Positions 11,225 to 28,327 are shown, counted from the first letter of the whole stretch. The stretch is DNA of 59,139 bases, filler included, from Basidiobolus meristosporus CBS 931.73 (GCA_002104905.1; 4 parts of 4 records of this genome joined end to end with filler, not necessarily neighbours in it); one strand, 5' to 3'. The notes: generated by a model from the letters alone, not told the origin. Program-made: numbers and translations.

Positions 11225-11324
11225 NNNNNNNNNNNNNNNNNNNNNNNNNNNNNNNNNNNNNNNNNNNNTTAATTAATTAANNNNNNNNNNNNNNNNNNNN
11301 NNNNNNNNNNNNNNNNNNNNNNNN
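11225..11324. other. Artificial contig-joining linker
   Basis: N44 + TTAATTAATTAA (stops in all six frames) + N44; identical at all three joins. Confidence 0.97.
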
Positions 11325-12213
11325 CTCTTTTACGGAAGAGGAGGTGTAGGTTGGGACCCATTCGTGGGGAGGCGAGGTGCAAAACCCCCAGACGACTACG
11401 AGGAGAGTACGCCGGAGATGCCTTCAACTCTGATCAGATGCTGAAAATTCCCCGGCTATACTACCCTTGTCTGGCCTGATAGCCTCAGCAAGAAATCAAT
11501 GCATTACTAAGCGATGCTACAGGCGAGGGAAAATGTCGACAGGAAATTTATTGACCTGAACAGGTTGAGGCTCGGTTGAAGCATGTTATTTGCTGATTAT
11601 ACATGTGAGGGGACCAAGGAAGTCCGTAGGAATATACACGAAATCCAGAGATAGCTCTCCGAGTGATATTTAGTGAAGCGTGCAGGGGGAGTGATTAAAT
11701 GGTGAGAATGCTTTGATCAGTTGTGGCAGAATAGCTTACGCAAGAGCGTGTGCTTCTTGGCGTACCCGTTCAAGATCTTCTTGTTGACCGTCGACTCAAA
11801 CTTCTTGGCCTCGGCCAGGATGTCGCCAAGAGATCCGGAGAACGGCTCGCACAGTCTAGCGCTCAACACCTTCATGATGTCTTCGAACTGATCTAGCTGC
11901 AAAAGACGTGGTTCATTCCGTTTCAGCAAGGCCAGCGAGACCCTCAGCAGTGTCACATCGATCCCATCCAAGAACATGACGTCATATATCCTCTGCACCA
12001 ACGGCAGTGGGAAACAGCACCCGAAAATGGTCAAGAACCATTGCGTGGAATACATACCGGTCTTGACGTTGTAGGCATCCAGGTGATCCAACAGTCTCGG
12101 AAGGTGCGTGGACATCAGGGATCGCAGCTGATAGATCCTCAGCTCGAGGCCAATCATGTTGTGCGAGTATGTGGTGCGCAGATTGTAACTCTCCATCATC
12201 CTAAACATTATCA

Positions 12214-16578
<4,365 letters not shown>

Positions 16579-17068
16579 TCCAAAGATACTATAAGATTCC
16601 CTGAGTGTTATGATTAAAGCCCAATTAAGACAGTTAGGTGGACTTACTTTTAAAGTAGAGTGAGAGGTTTGAGTCGAAAGTTATAGTAGGTGTTTGTCCG
16701 TAAGTACCAGAAGTAATTTACAAGGAAACTATGAGACGTACAAGGTATAAGTTCGAAGCACTGGGCCATATAACCCAAAGGTGTTCTTGATTCAAGATAG
16801 TTCGAAGATTACTGATTATCAAGCCAATATCCAAAAATGACTGAATGTCTTGAAAATGTTACTCGAAAGATTATAGTAGTGTGAATATATGCTCAGAGAG
16901 TGGATCTATCTTAAGCATGGTTTTAAACCTAATCTAGATGTGACGTGATATTGATCAGCATTTCAAAGCCGCATTCTGCTATCTTGCTTGCTGTAATATC
17001 TGCTTAATTGAACACAATTCCATCAGTTCTCTAAGAGCGTTTCACCTTAGCATTACGATCTATCAACC

Positions 17069-19184
17069 ATGTCTGACGATGATTTTATGATGGAAGAGGA
17101 GGATGAGGAATACGACTTCGACTATGAAGATGATGAACAAGAAGAGCCTGATGTAGATCTTGAAAATAAATATTATAATGCCAAAGGTTAGTCTGGAAGT
17201 TTACCTTCTTCAATAGTGAATGTAAGCCTAAGTTCCCCTTTTCCCAACCTTCTTTCAAACTATGAATAGGCCGGAAAGAAGACGATCCGGAGGGCGCCAT
17301 CGAAGAATTTCAGAACGTTGTAGATTCGGAAGAAGAGAAGGGAGAGTGGTGAGTCATTTTGAAAATAGACATCGAAAAAGTGAGCAGTTGTATTTAAAGG
17401 AATAACTCTAGGGGCTTCAAGGCACTCAAACAAATGGTGAAATTATCATTCAAGGCTAACGATTACGACTCGGTAAAATTAGCGTTAAAACTAGTATATA
17501 GGCAACTCACTGATACCGGTAGCTATTCATTATAGACGCTGAAATTCTATGAGCAACTCTTGACGTTCATCAAGTCTGCCGTCACTCGTAATTATAGCGA
17601 GAAGAGCATTAACAACATTCTTGACTACATATCAACTTCAACCGATATGGCCTTCATGGAGAAATTCTATTCCACGACACTGCATGCCTTAGAAGAAGCT
17701 AAAAATGAGGTATTTCAGAATTTACTTCGAGTACACTAGCCTTCAAATGCTTAAACAATCCTGATGGCAATATTCATTAGCGGTTGTGGGTCAAAACCAA
17801 CCTCAAACTAGCGAAATTATGGTTAGACCGCCAGGAGTACAATCGCTTAGCCAAGGTAATCCCAGGTACTATCACAATTACCAATCTAATGTGAGAGCTA
17901 ACAGCGGATGTAGATTCTTCGTCAGCTACATACCTCGTGCCAGAGAGACGACGGTACTGATGACCAGAGGAAAGGGACACAGCTTCTGGAAATATTTGCT
18001 CTTGAAATTCAGATGTACACTCAGACCAAGAATAACAACAAACTCAAGGTTCGGCCAAGTGTCTATTATAATTTCTTACACATCAATGCTTACTTTCAAT
18101 CCAGGCACTTTATCAGCAATGTTTGCATGTAAAATCAGCAATTCCTCATCCACGGATCATGGGTGTTATTCGTGAATGTGGTGGCAAAATGCATATGAGT
18201 GAAAGTAATTGAGTTTCTTAGTCGATTTCTGTAGCATTGGAAATTAACTCAATCTCTTGTCAATAACAGAGGAGTGGGAGAAGGCTCAGACAGATTTCTT
18301 CGAGTCCTTTAGAAATTACGATGAAGCAGGGAGCCCACAACGCATTCAAGTTCTCAAGTAGGGCTCAAGCAATATGTTTATTGGATCGGCTTGGTTACTT
18401 AAATCGCATTTTAGATATTTGGTTCTAGCTAATATGCTTACCGACTCCCAGATTAACCCGTTCGATTCACAAGAGACTAAACCGTATTTATCAGCTAAAA
18501 GCATCAAGTATCTCAAGTGACACTTTGCTCACGCGATTTGAATATAGCTACAAAAATGATCCACAAATTGTCGCCATGACCAACCTAGTAAGTGCATATC
18601 AGCACAAGGAAATCCATGAATTTGAGAAGATTCTAAGAGGTACTTGCTTCAACAAATCCACTTACCAACGACCATTATCACCTGAACCTTCATTGCTCTT
18701 TTTGATTAGAGAACCGGAGCACTATTATGGATGATCCATTTATTCGCACCTATATTGACGATGTGTTGCGCAATATTCGTACCCAAGTGTTGATAAAGCT
18801 GATCAAGCCGTACACTCGTATTGAAATCCCGTTCATTTCAAAGGTTCTTACCACTGTGCTGTTGTTGCATAACCCTCGTTACTAACACATGGGTTGACAC
18901 GCCAACCAGCAACTGAACATTCCCGAGCAGGATGTTGAAGATCTGTTAGTGGCACTGATCCTGGACAATAGGATTTCTGGACGCATCGATCAAATCAACC
19001 AACGCTTGGAGCTGTATAAGGAGTAATACTATATTATTTTTCAACAATTCCCCAAGCACGTGTCGTTAACCAAGTTCCTACACCCTCTTGTAGATCGTCT
19101 GACACACTGCGCTATAACTCTATTGAGAAATGGTCCAACAACGTAGAGAGCTTGTACAAAACATGTATAAGCAAGGTCATGTAA
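17069..19184 (+). CDS. CSN2: COP9 signalosome subunit 2 (multi-exon)
   Basis: [21 protein letters not shown]...[12 protein letters not shown]; [10 protein letters not shown]; [17 protein letters not shown]; [10 protein letters not shown]; [13 protein letters not shown]; [19 protein letters not shown]; FDSQETKPY; PCI-domain C-terminus. Confidence 0.95.
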
Positions 19185-19458
19185 ACTACGTAATACTCGA
19201 AGGATTCTTACGGCCAATAATGGCAGCCTTCCTGGTTCCATTTCACCGATCACATATGCTTGGTCCTCGGGACGGGATATACAATAAAGACATTTGTCGA
19301 ATCATCTAAGATTTACTCGGCATTGAAATCAAAGCCTGCTTGAATGGCTAATGAATATTGCGGAATTAAGTACAAGTCTATAGCAACCATCATTATCGAT
19401 TGTCCACAGGGAAAACTGATACACAGACAATGTTGGTATATGGCCAACGGACATCGCA

Positions 19459-20964
19459 TTACTGCTTCAGCGCCTCTCCGTTCAGCAGCTCCATCTGTAA
19501 TTTGCTCTCAAGTTCTGGTGGTAATTGAGTGTATAAAAATGGATCGGTTGATGGGGCATTAGCATCAGGCTGCTCTTGAGGAACGTACTCTTCAGCTTCT
19601 GGCTCTAACACAGGAGTAGGGGCATCATCGTACATGTAATCATTGGTGAACTGCTCGTAACACGAGCTTGAGCTCTGATAGTCGATACCAAAGCTTTTCA
19701 GGTAAGACTCGAGCATAGGGTTTTCTGCCTTCACCTCCAATGTGGATAGGTTATCAGGAATTTGAGGAGCGGAGTTAAAGACTTTGCGTGCTTCGATGTA
19801 GCTGAAGTTCGATGTCGGTTGATTTTTCACGTGCTTAAGTATTTCCTCAATTGAGCCATGCTTCTTGATCAAGCTCAGCCCTTTTACAGCACCAATTCCC
19901 TTGAGTTTGCCCGAGAAGTCGGTTCCGCAAAGAATACACAGGTCTACAAATTGCTCTCGAGACAATGCAAGCTCCTCGCGAGCCTTGATAACGTTGATCT
20001 GAATGACTGGGGCACCTTGGAAAAAGTATTGGCGAAGCACTGGACCATCGCCAAAAAGAACTGCATCGGTGTCCTCGCTAGCGGTAGCATCAGTCAATCC
20101 ATGGGTGGTGAATGAGGCGCACATGGCTTCCGCCTCGTGGTGGTCAGCCACGACGTAAGAGATCCCCATATATTCTAGCAGTTCCATTGTTTCTTCTTTC
20201 ATTTTTTCAGTGACTCTGACAACCCTGTTGGTCAATGAAAGCAGCATGTTGTGGTTGTAATTCTGCAGTTGGTCAATGCTATCTAACAGGTGGCGTTGAT
20301 CAAAGGCTACGTTTGACATTGCGAGTTTTCGAAATAGGTTTATTTCTTCCGATGTGATAAAATTACTGTAGTTCAGTGCTGAATGTCGAGCTCCTTTCCC
20401 TTGGGTATGCGAGATTTGGCTAACCATGAGCTCCAATTCCTCTCTGAGCTTCTCATCTTCCAACAGGGGAGCTCCTTGAGCAACAGCTGTTGGTGGCGAC
20501 TCTGTGACCGGTACGACAGTATCTATAAGCCCTGAATTGGCTAAGCTTCCTGTTAAATATCTAGACATCTGCGCGCGAAGATTGTCAGAAGAGTCGGAGC
20601 AATTCTTCACGAGTTCTCTTGCTCTGCTAAGCCGGCTTTTTCTCTGCTCTTCTAGCGTGAGACGAGATACGTTGGAAGAGCGTAGCTGAGCTCTTCGGTT
20701 GGTCTCATGGACTTTCTGTTTGTTTCGAGCCTTTCCGTCGAACACGAAAACTGGAGTAATATTCATTTGCTTCAGATAATTTCCAAACTGGTAGAAGCCC
20801 TGGACATGTCGTGGTTGTGGCAGCTGGGGACTAGCTATGAATCGGTACAGATAGACACTCGCATCTAGAGCGAGGTTTATGTTACGAAAGTCGGAAGTAG
20901 CATGCGTGGTCAACGAGCCAGGAGCGAATCTTTTCAGCAAGGGCGTCAAATGCGCGATACCCAT
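19459..20964 (-). CDS. XPG/FEN1-family (PIN + H3TH) 5' nuclease, intronless, not canonical FEN1
   Basis: MGIAHL..LLKRFAP, LALDASVYLYRF, PVFVFDG, EAEAMCA, SEDTDAVLFG, FVDLCILCGTDF..KLKGIG. Long insertion between the N and I domains; no obvious PIP box. Confidence 0.88.
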   Translation of the reverse strand: MGIAHLTPLLKRFAPGSLTTHATSDFRNINLALDASVYLYRFIASPQLPQPRHVQGFYQFGNYLKQMNITPVFVFDGKARNKQKVHETNRRAQLRSSNVSRLTLEEQRKSRLSRARELVKNCSDSSDNLRAQMSRYLTGSLANSGLIDTVVPVTESPPTAVAQGAPLLEDEKLREELELMVSQISHTQGKGARHSALNYSNFITSEEINLFRKLAMSNVAFDQRHLLDSIDQLQNYNHNMLLSLTNRVVRVTEKMKEETMELLEYMGISYVVADHHEAEAMCASFTTHGLTDATASEDTDAVLFGDGPVLRQYFFQGAPVIQINVIKAREELALSREQFVDLCILCGTDFSGKLKGIGAVKGLSLIKKHGSIEEILKHVKNQPTSNFSYIEARKVFNSAPQIPDNLSTLEVKAENPMLESYLKSFGIDYQSSSSCYEQFTNDYMYDDAPTPVLEPEAEEYVPQEQPDANAPSTDPFLYTQLPPELESKLQMELLNGEALKQ

Positions 20965-21081
20965 GGATGACAGCCAAAATATCAAGTAGGAGAGGAAGCC
21001 TATCAAGGGACGATTTCGAATGAAATTTTCAAATTTATTCTGAACTAACGCAGCAGGTCAGCAAGATTCGTAGGATGTTTA

Positions 21082-21756
21082 TTATTCTAAATGGCATGAC
21101 TCAGCTTTATCAGGAATTAGATGATTCAGTAGCAAATTGATGCGACAATGAGCAGTCTTGACTAGCTCTTCACCAGAGAGCTCGCTACAAGTACGTTTGT
21201 TTGCAAAAACCGCCTCCCAGGACCAAACAGGGCGACTGGTGCGCCCCTGGTATTCCAGGGAATCCCAGAACTGATCCTTCAGTGTGTCTGGATAGCTGGT
21301 GTCAAGAGGGTCCTTTTGTCGCCGTTCATTAGCCATATTGGTGAAGTACTCGTCGCTCCATTCTTCACGGAATTCCTCCTCTTCGAGCGAGTGGCTATTG
21401 ATCTCCGGCATTGTGCTGGGTTTATCTGACCCTTGCTCTAGGAAGTCTTGAGTCCATGGCGTGGTGTCACAAGGGTTCTGGCTGGTAATGTTATTTTTTA
21501 CCTCAAAGAACGGAGTACAAGATCTATCCCAGCTGTGTTCGAAGGCAAGCAATTCATGGCTCTCTGCAAGATCTCTCGTGGAGGTTAGAGAACCTCTCGA
21601 AAAGGGATTTCTATTTCTATTGAGGTCGGCGAGCGGCAAGTAGGCGACTTCCTTGTTTTGTTCCAAGAGGTTGCGATACGATGTAACAGCTCCTCGACTC
21701 TTCATGTTCGGTAAGGGGGATGGCCAAATATCAAGAGCGTACTGTTGTAGAGGCAA
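21082..21756 (-). CDS. Hypothetical protein (true start uncertain)
   Basis: 224-codon open frame with protein-like composition; no recognisable domain. Confidence 0.6.
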   Translation of the reverse strand: MPLQQYALDIWPSPLPNMKSRGAVTSYRNLLEQNKEVAYLPLADLNRNRNPFSRGSLTSTRDLAESHELLAFEHSWDRSCTPFFEVKNNITSQNPCDTTPWTQDFLEQGSDKPSTMPEINSHSLEEEEFREEWSDEYFTNMANERRQKDPLDTSYPDTLKDQFWDSLEYQGRTSRPVWSWEAVFANKRTCSELSGEELVKTAHCRINLLLNHLIPDKAESCHLE

Positions 21757-22241
21757 GGTGATAGGAGCACCATTTTACTTTTAAGGTTCATCGGAAAGCA
21801 ATAATGTAAGATACGGTATCTGTGCCTGACTAGGACAGTGGCCAATATCTATGAGACAAGAGCCAATCTTGGTCGAACATACGCGATCCTTTGTCCAATC
21901 GTCACCCAATATACCAACCCTTCCGTGACGTCGGGAAAGTAATATCACATGTTAGTATGGCGCTTAGTCAACAACAGCATGATAGCATGTTGAAGATCGA
22001 TGTCGATGCAGCAGCGGATGTAGAGCGTCGTGGACGTCAATAGCTCCCCTACACTATAGTATAGGAACCGGCGCTAGATATACAGATTGTCTTTATTGAC
22101 CGGGTTCAACAACCAGTAAAAAACAAACCACTTCATGAAGCAAAAAATACTGGTTACGAGATGCTACGTTGGGTGTATAAAGATTAAAAAGCTTATTTTA
22201 AGTGAACAACTAAAAATAGTAGAAAACATAGATTATATTGA

Positions 22242-22341
22242 NNNNNNNNNNNNNNNNNNNNNNNNNNNNNNNNNNNNNNNNNNNNTTAATTAATTAANNN
22301 NNNNNNNNNNNNNNNNNNNNNNNNNNNNNNNNNNNNNNNNN
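22242..22341. other. Artificial contig-joining linker
   Basis: N44-TTAATTAATTAA-N44. Confidence 0.97.
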
Positions 22342-22448
22342 ATACCCCACGGTAGGGTAGCAATAATCATTCAGGAGGTACAACATTGTGCCAGCAAAAT
22401 TCAAACAACATTAAAAATGAGCCTTTACAACGTAGTTGAATGCAAAAG

Positions 22449-22520
22449 TTCCCCATCGGGGAATCGAACCCCGGCCGTCTCGGTGAAAGCGAGAAATCCT
22501 AACCACTGGACCAATGAGGA
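22449..22520 (-). tRNA. tRNA-Glu-TTC: tRNA-Glu(TTC)
   Basis: Cloverleaf TCCTCAT...ATGGGGA, anticodon arm ctcgc-ttTTCac pattern, GGTTCGATTCC. Confidence 0.95.
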
Positions 22521-22843
22521 ATACATGAAAACTGTTATGATTTAAATCCTAACTAGTCACTACCGATCACTTGAACACTACTGATCGAACACCTGGAATT
22601 CCACACAGACGATCAATCGCACTCAGTGATACACACGTTATTTAATACATCTTGAACCCTCCTTTTGGAAGCTTGCCCTACGTTATCGGAAGCTCTCCCT
22701 CCGAGGCTATCTCTATATAAACTCCTTTGAACACTATCAATAAAGCATCAACCTTTTACCGGTTCATCAACTATTCAGATAACCTCTCTGATTCGTATTG
22801 GACATCCTCCGGTCCTCCTCCGCTTGCCCTCGATTCATAACAT

Positions 22844-22855
22844 TGGTAGCAGCGA
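22844..22855 (+). other. Primer-binding site complementary to the 3' end of tRNA-iMet
   Basis: TGGTAGCAGCGA is the reverse complement of TCGCTGCTA+CCA of the iMet gene at 28015-28086. Confidence 0.9.
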
Positions 22856-23334
22856 ATAAATCAACCAGAGGTAATCGAGAGAGCTGACCGCCACCACGAC
22901 TACAACATCATTTCGAGACAAACTGAATCACGGTCGGTGATTCTCTGAACCTCCCTCAATGGAGGCAAATAACAAATCTTCCGTCGTTGAGTACTAACCA
23001 ACGACCTTCTGGGATCCTGTGACTAGGAGAACTTCTTTCAAACCGCCTTACTTAGGGGTTTTCCATCATTAGCAATGACTGCTAGATTCCTGGGACGAAC
23101 ATGTGCACACCATGTGCAGCTTCATAAACTTCTGGGGAAAGACATACCTCTCGCAGGTACTCTTCTTCAGGGACGCCAACAATATGGCTTTCTCGATGTT
23201 GCGCAAACAACACCACTCACTACGCAGTGAGGTTCAGACTGGTCTAGAGGGAGTTCGCAAACTGCCTAAGACGTATTCTTGAACAACCTAGCACCGTAGG
23301 TTGATCGTGATCAAGGAGCAAGACATCCTTCGTC

Positions 23335-26300
23335 TTGGGGGAGACACTCCGGAAACCCAACATCTTTGAAGGCAAAAGACACACTGCCACTCTAGAGACT
23401 TGGATATTTGAAGTAGAGCAGTACCTATACTTCTCAGATGACTCTGAAGAAGTCAAAGTACATTATGCCTGTTCACTTTTCAGAAAGGAAGCAACCATGT
23501 GGTGGAAACTTCACATTCAAGGAATGAATAGGGGCATCTTTCCACCCATAGCCTCCTGGGCTGACTTTGTTAAAGCATTGAGAAAGAGGTTTACACCTAT
23601 CAATGCTGATAGAATGGCAAGAGAAAAACTGTCCAAACTCTTTCAAGCCAAGTCTGTTCAAGAGTACAATGAGCAGTTTAACTTGCTTAGTATGGAAATT
23701 CAAAACATGCCTGATACTGAACTACTTGAGCAATACCTAAGAGGCCTGAAATCCAACACTAGATGGGAAATTGAATACAAAGACCCCAAAACCCTAGTAG
23801 AGGCTATGGAACTGGCAGAAAGATATGATGCCATACACTTCAGAAGGGCTGTCAACCACAGAATTGGTCACTCAAGAACTACTACAGGCCTCAAAGCCAA
23901 TAACCACATACCTATTGGTAGTCAACCAATCACTGAACAAGGTGCACACTACCCCCACACACTGGAGCCTATGGACCTAGATGTTATGCAGAGCACACCA
24001 AGACCTTCTAAAGAGGAATGCTTCAAGCTTGGACTATGCTTTTACTGCAAGGAACAGGGTCATAAAGTCAATGAATGCCCAAAGAGGCCATTACAAAGAG
24101 TATTCCAACTCTCCACTAAGGAGGAGGAGCACACAATCAGCCTTGTTAAGGAGTATCAGAGGACTCAGAGCTTATATACTACCCCAAAGATGCTGAAACT
24201 CCCAGGGATTCTCAACAACAACCAATGTGTCTCTGTACTCATTGACAGTGGAGCAACTGATGTCTACATTTCAAAAGATGTAGCTGATCAGATGAAGCTA
24301 CAAACAATCCCTTGCCCCCCAATTCACATCCTCTGTGCCACCAAGGAATCAATTATAGTGAACAGCAGGACTGAACCCTTGACTTTACAAATCAGGGACT
24401 TCCAAGACACCATTTCCCCAATTATCATACCCCAAGCCAACTTTGAAATCAATGTGGGACAAACTTGGCTAAGAAAGCACAATCCTGACATAAACTGGCA
24501 GACTCAGGAAGTTGTAATCAACAAGGATGATGCAAAATATCATCTGTCACCCAAACCAACCCTGGACAAAGGCAATGCACCAGAACACACCATATCAAAG
24601 AAACAGTTTGCCCACTCTATCAGACAGAATCCCAAACTGTTGCACATGATAGCCTTTGCCAAAATCCAAGAGACCACAGAAGTGACAAATGACAGGCTCA
24701 AGACCTTGTTAGCAGAGTTTCAAGAGGTTTTTCCCAAGGAAATCCCTGCACTACCCCCAAGCAGAGAGATTGACCATGCCATAGAAGTAACAGATGATAA
24801 ACCAAGAAACAGAGCCCCATATAAGTTCTCCCCAAAGGAAATGGAGACTTTGAAGGAAACATTGAAGGACTACCTGGCTAAAGGCTGGATAAAACCCAGT
24901 AAATCACCATGGGGAGCTCCAGTACTCTTTGCTCCAAAGAAGGATGGGAAGCTACGGTTCTGTGTGGACTACAGGGCCCTAAATGCAATCACTGTCAGAA
25001 ATTCCTACCCATTACCAAGAATTGATGCCCTCTTTGACCAACTGGGGAAGGCAAAGATATTCTCTAAAATAGACCTGGCATCTGGATATCACCAAATCAG
25101 AATTAAGCCTGAAGACACCTCTAAGACAGCATTCAACACAAGATATGGTCATTATGAGTTTGTTGTGATGAGCTTTGGCCTGACTAATGCCCCAGCAACA
25201 TTTCAGACACTCATGAATAGCATCCTGGAACCATATTTAGAGAAATTTGTCCTGGTCTACTTAGATGACATTCTGATCTATAGTACCAGCATGGATGACC
25301 ACATGAAGCACTTGAAGACAGTACTGGCTATACTAAAAAAAGCACAAGCTATATGCACAACTTCCTAAGTGTGAATTCCTCACCAGATCAGTTGAATACC
25401 TTGGTCACATAATCTCAGATAAAGGACTACACATGGATCCAGCCAAGATAGATGCTATCCAGAAATGGGAAGCCCCAAAGTCACTCACTGAAATGAGATC
25501 CTTCCTGGGACTTGCATCATATTACAGAAGATTCATCAGGGACTTTGCAACTATTGCAGCCCCCCTTACAGACTTGACCAAAAAAGAGAAAGACTATATA
25601 TGGACCCCAAACTGTGAGACAGCTTTCCTAACTCTGAAAGAAAAGCTATGCCAAACCCCTGTGCTTCAGTTGCCTGATTTCTCAGAACCTTTCTGTGTAT
25701 ACACTGATGCTTCAGATCTAGCTGTTGGAGGGGTACTGACTCAAAAAGAACACCCGGTTGCTTATGAGTCCAAAAAGCTATCAGTAACTGAACAAAACTA
25801 CCCAGTCCATGAAAAAGAACTCTATGCCATACTACATTGTCTGAGAGTGTGGAGATGCTACTTGGAGGGCAAACACTTTGTGGTATATACAGATCATGCA
25901 TCCCTAAGATACATTCACACCCAGAAGCTATTATCCAGAAGAATAACTAGATGGATTGAAGAACTACAACAATTTGATTTTAAAATCCACTACCTCCCTG
26001 GGCCAAAGAATACAGTTGCTGATGCACTCTCAAGGCAACATATATCAATGGTAGATCATGAGTTGGACTGGCCAGAATACATGCCAGAGTACTTGGCAAG
26101 TCAGACAATGCCAGAAGATTTATCACAGGAAGTAAGGGTCAAGATTAAGAAAGAAGCAGAGAATTTCTCATATGGTGAAGACGAGGTACTTTACAGACAC
26201 ATGGAAGAAATAGGGCCTGTACCATATATTCCATTTGTATACAGAGGTGACATGATAATCAAGAATCATAAAGCCTTTGGACATCTGGGCATCCAAGGAA

Positions 26301-27358
26301 CTTATGAAATAACTAAAAGGAGAGCCTGGTGGCCTAAACTCAAACAATTTATAGCTGAGACCCTCAAGACCTGCCCTGAGTGCCAGCTGGCTAGACCATA
26401 CAACAAGGAACATGCCCCATTAGAACCACTGACTCCAGTTCCAGCATTCTACAGATGGGGAATTGACTTCATTGGAATATTGCCTGAAACTTCAAGAGGG
26501 AACAAGTGGATCATAACTGCAATTGACCATACCACTAAGTGGTGTATAGCAAAAGCCATGCCAGCAGCTACTGCAAAAAATGTTGCAAAATTCCTTTACC
26601 TGGAAATCTTTATGCAGTTTGGATGCCCAGGTGAAATTCTGTCTGACAGAGGAGCAAACTTTTTGGAACAAACCTTGAAAGAATACCTTCAGATAATGGG
26701 GGTTAGACATTTGAAGACATCAGCATACCACCCTAGAACAAATGGGGTCACAGAGAGGTTCAATGGACTCTTTGGGAAGATGCTGACTACTTATGTCAAA
26801 GGAGCCAAACATAAGTGGGATGAATTTGTACATCAAGCACTCTTTGCCTGTCGTATTAGAGTCCATTCAGCAACACAAAAGTCCCCCTTCTACCTAGTGT
26901 ATGGTACACATCCAAGAATCCCAGGTGATACCTTACCACCATACATCTGGGACTTAAAGAACCAAAAAGACTTGGCAGAATTCAGAACAAGGGAACTGGA
27001 AGAATTAGGACATGCAAGACATGATGCCATCAAGAATTTAAAACGACAAGCAGAGAAGATGAAAGAACAGTACAACAAAACAGTGGTAACAAAACCCTTA
27101 ACTTTGGGAAAACTTGTATTAGTCCGAAATGAAAGTAGGCTAAAACTAGAACCACATTGGGTTGGACCCTTTATTATCACAAGAGAAATGCCCTTCAATA
27201 CATTTCAACTCGCAGACATGTCAGGTAAAGTAAAGGAGGACCTAGTGCATAGAGACCGACTAAAGGAAGCACAGCTAAAAAACCCAATGACACCACCAAC
27301 CAAATACTGGTATTACAAGTCCGATAGACAGGACTCTTCAGGAGAAGAACCTCTTTAA
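23335..27358 (+). pseudogene. gag-pol of family A copy 1: 5'-truncated and split by an extra A in the A7 run at 25335-25341
   Basis: ORFs 23335-25368 and 25433-27358 match the intact 1449 aa ORF of copy 2, which has A6 at this site. No in-frame ATG upstream of KPNIF. Confidence 0.85.
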
Positions 27359-28014
27359 GTGTGGGAGTATGTTATGATTTAAATCCTAACTAGTCACTAC
27401 CGATCACTTGAACACTACTGATCGAACACCTGGAATTCCACACAGACGATCAATCGCACTCAGTGATACACACGTTATTTAATACATCTTGAACCCTCCT
27501 TTTGGAAGCTTGCCCTACGTTATCGGAAGCTCTCCCTCCGAGGCTATCTCTATATAAACTCCTTTGAACACTATCAATAAAGCATCAACCTTTTACCGGT
27601 TCATCAACTATTCAGATAACCTCTCTGATTCGTATTGGACATCCTCCGGTCCTCCTCCGCTTGCCCTCGATTCATAACAAAACATTCTAACTACAATGCT
27701 GTGTTAATGTGTAAGTGTAATGTTGCACAGCAGTTCGATCGTTAATACATCCCTTTGCTAGGTCTATTTCGCATGATGAAAATTGCACCCTTGGCAGTAC
27801 AATAAGTTATTGTGTGTGAGTGCTTAGAAGCCTCTGGTCAAGGTAAAGGCTTCTAGCATATACGGCAAGTTCTTGGGCAAGATTTGATTGCGGATTCTGT
27901 AAAGAGAAGCAATAAGTATACATATTCTTCAACTCCTATTTAGTATTCACACATTTTCATGGTATAAATGTAATAGCGACACTCATACATTTGAGGAGTC
28001 AGCAAAAGATTAGA

Positions 28015-28086
28015 TAGCAGCGAGAGGTTTCGATCCTCCGACCTCGGGGTTATGAGCCCCGCGCGCTTCCTCTGCGCTACGCTGCT
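28015..28086 (-). tRNA. tRNA-iMet-CAT: Initiator tRNA-Met(CAT)
   Basis: A1:U72 (AGCAGCG...CGCTGCT A), GGG/CCC anticodon stem, T-loop GATCGAAA. Confidence 0.95.
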
Positions 28087-28327
28087 TTGTTGAATATCTA
28101 AGACAAAGACGCCCCTTTGACCCTTTGGTAGGACTGTATTACAATCTGATATTTTGACTGTGCCCATGCACGCATACCTCCAGTTTAAATAGTATACAAA
28201 CTGTAACCATTCAAAAGGGTATGATTCACACCTCTGAAATGGCTCTTCCTACACAATCCTATAAAACACATGTCAAGCAACAAAAGACTCTTGATGCCGA
28301 CCAGTAATCAGTACAAAAAGAGAAAGC

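Larger units (their letters stand above)
22533..27679 (+). mobile_element. Ty3/gypsy LTR retrotransposon, family A, copy 1 (young; foreign 5' region; +1 frameshift in RT)
   Basis: 310 bp LTRs TGTTATGA...TCATAACA at 22533-22842 and 27370-27679; 4 bp TSD AAAC; PBS TGGTAGCAGCGA; PPT-like aagtgtgggagta; gag, CCHC, PR (DSGA), RT (YLDD), RNase H, IN (HHCC, DDE, GPF). Confidence 0.97.

Noticed and set aside
11225-11324. TTAATTAATTAA palindrome within N runs (also at 22286 and 36830)
   Set aside because: Artificial six-frame-stop linker used to concatenate contigs; not biological. No linkage can be inferred across it.
25335-25341. Possible programmed frameshift between the two ORFs of copy 1
   Set aside because: It falls inside the RT domain, and copy 2 has A6 with a continuous ORF. 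It is a homopolymer error or a disabling mutation.
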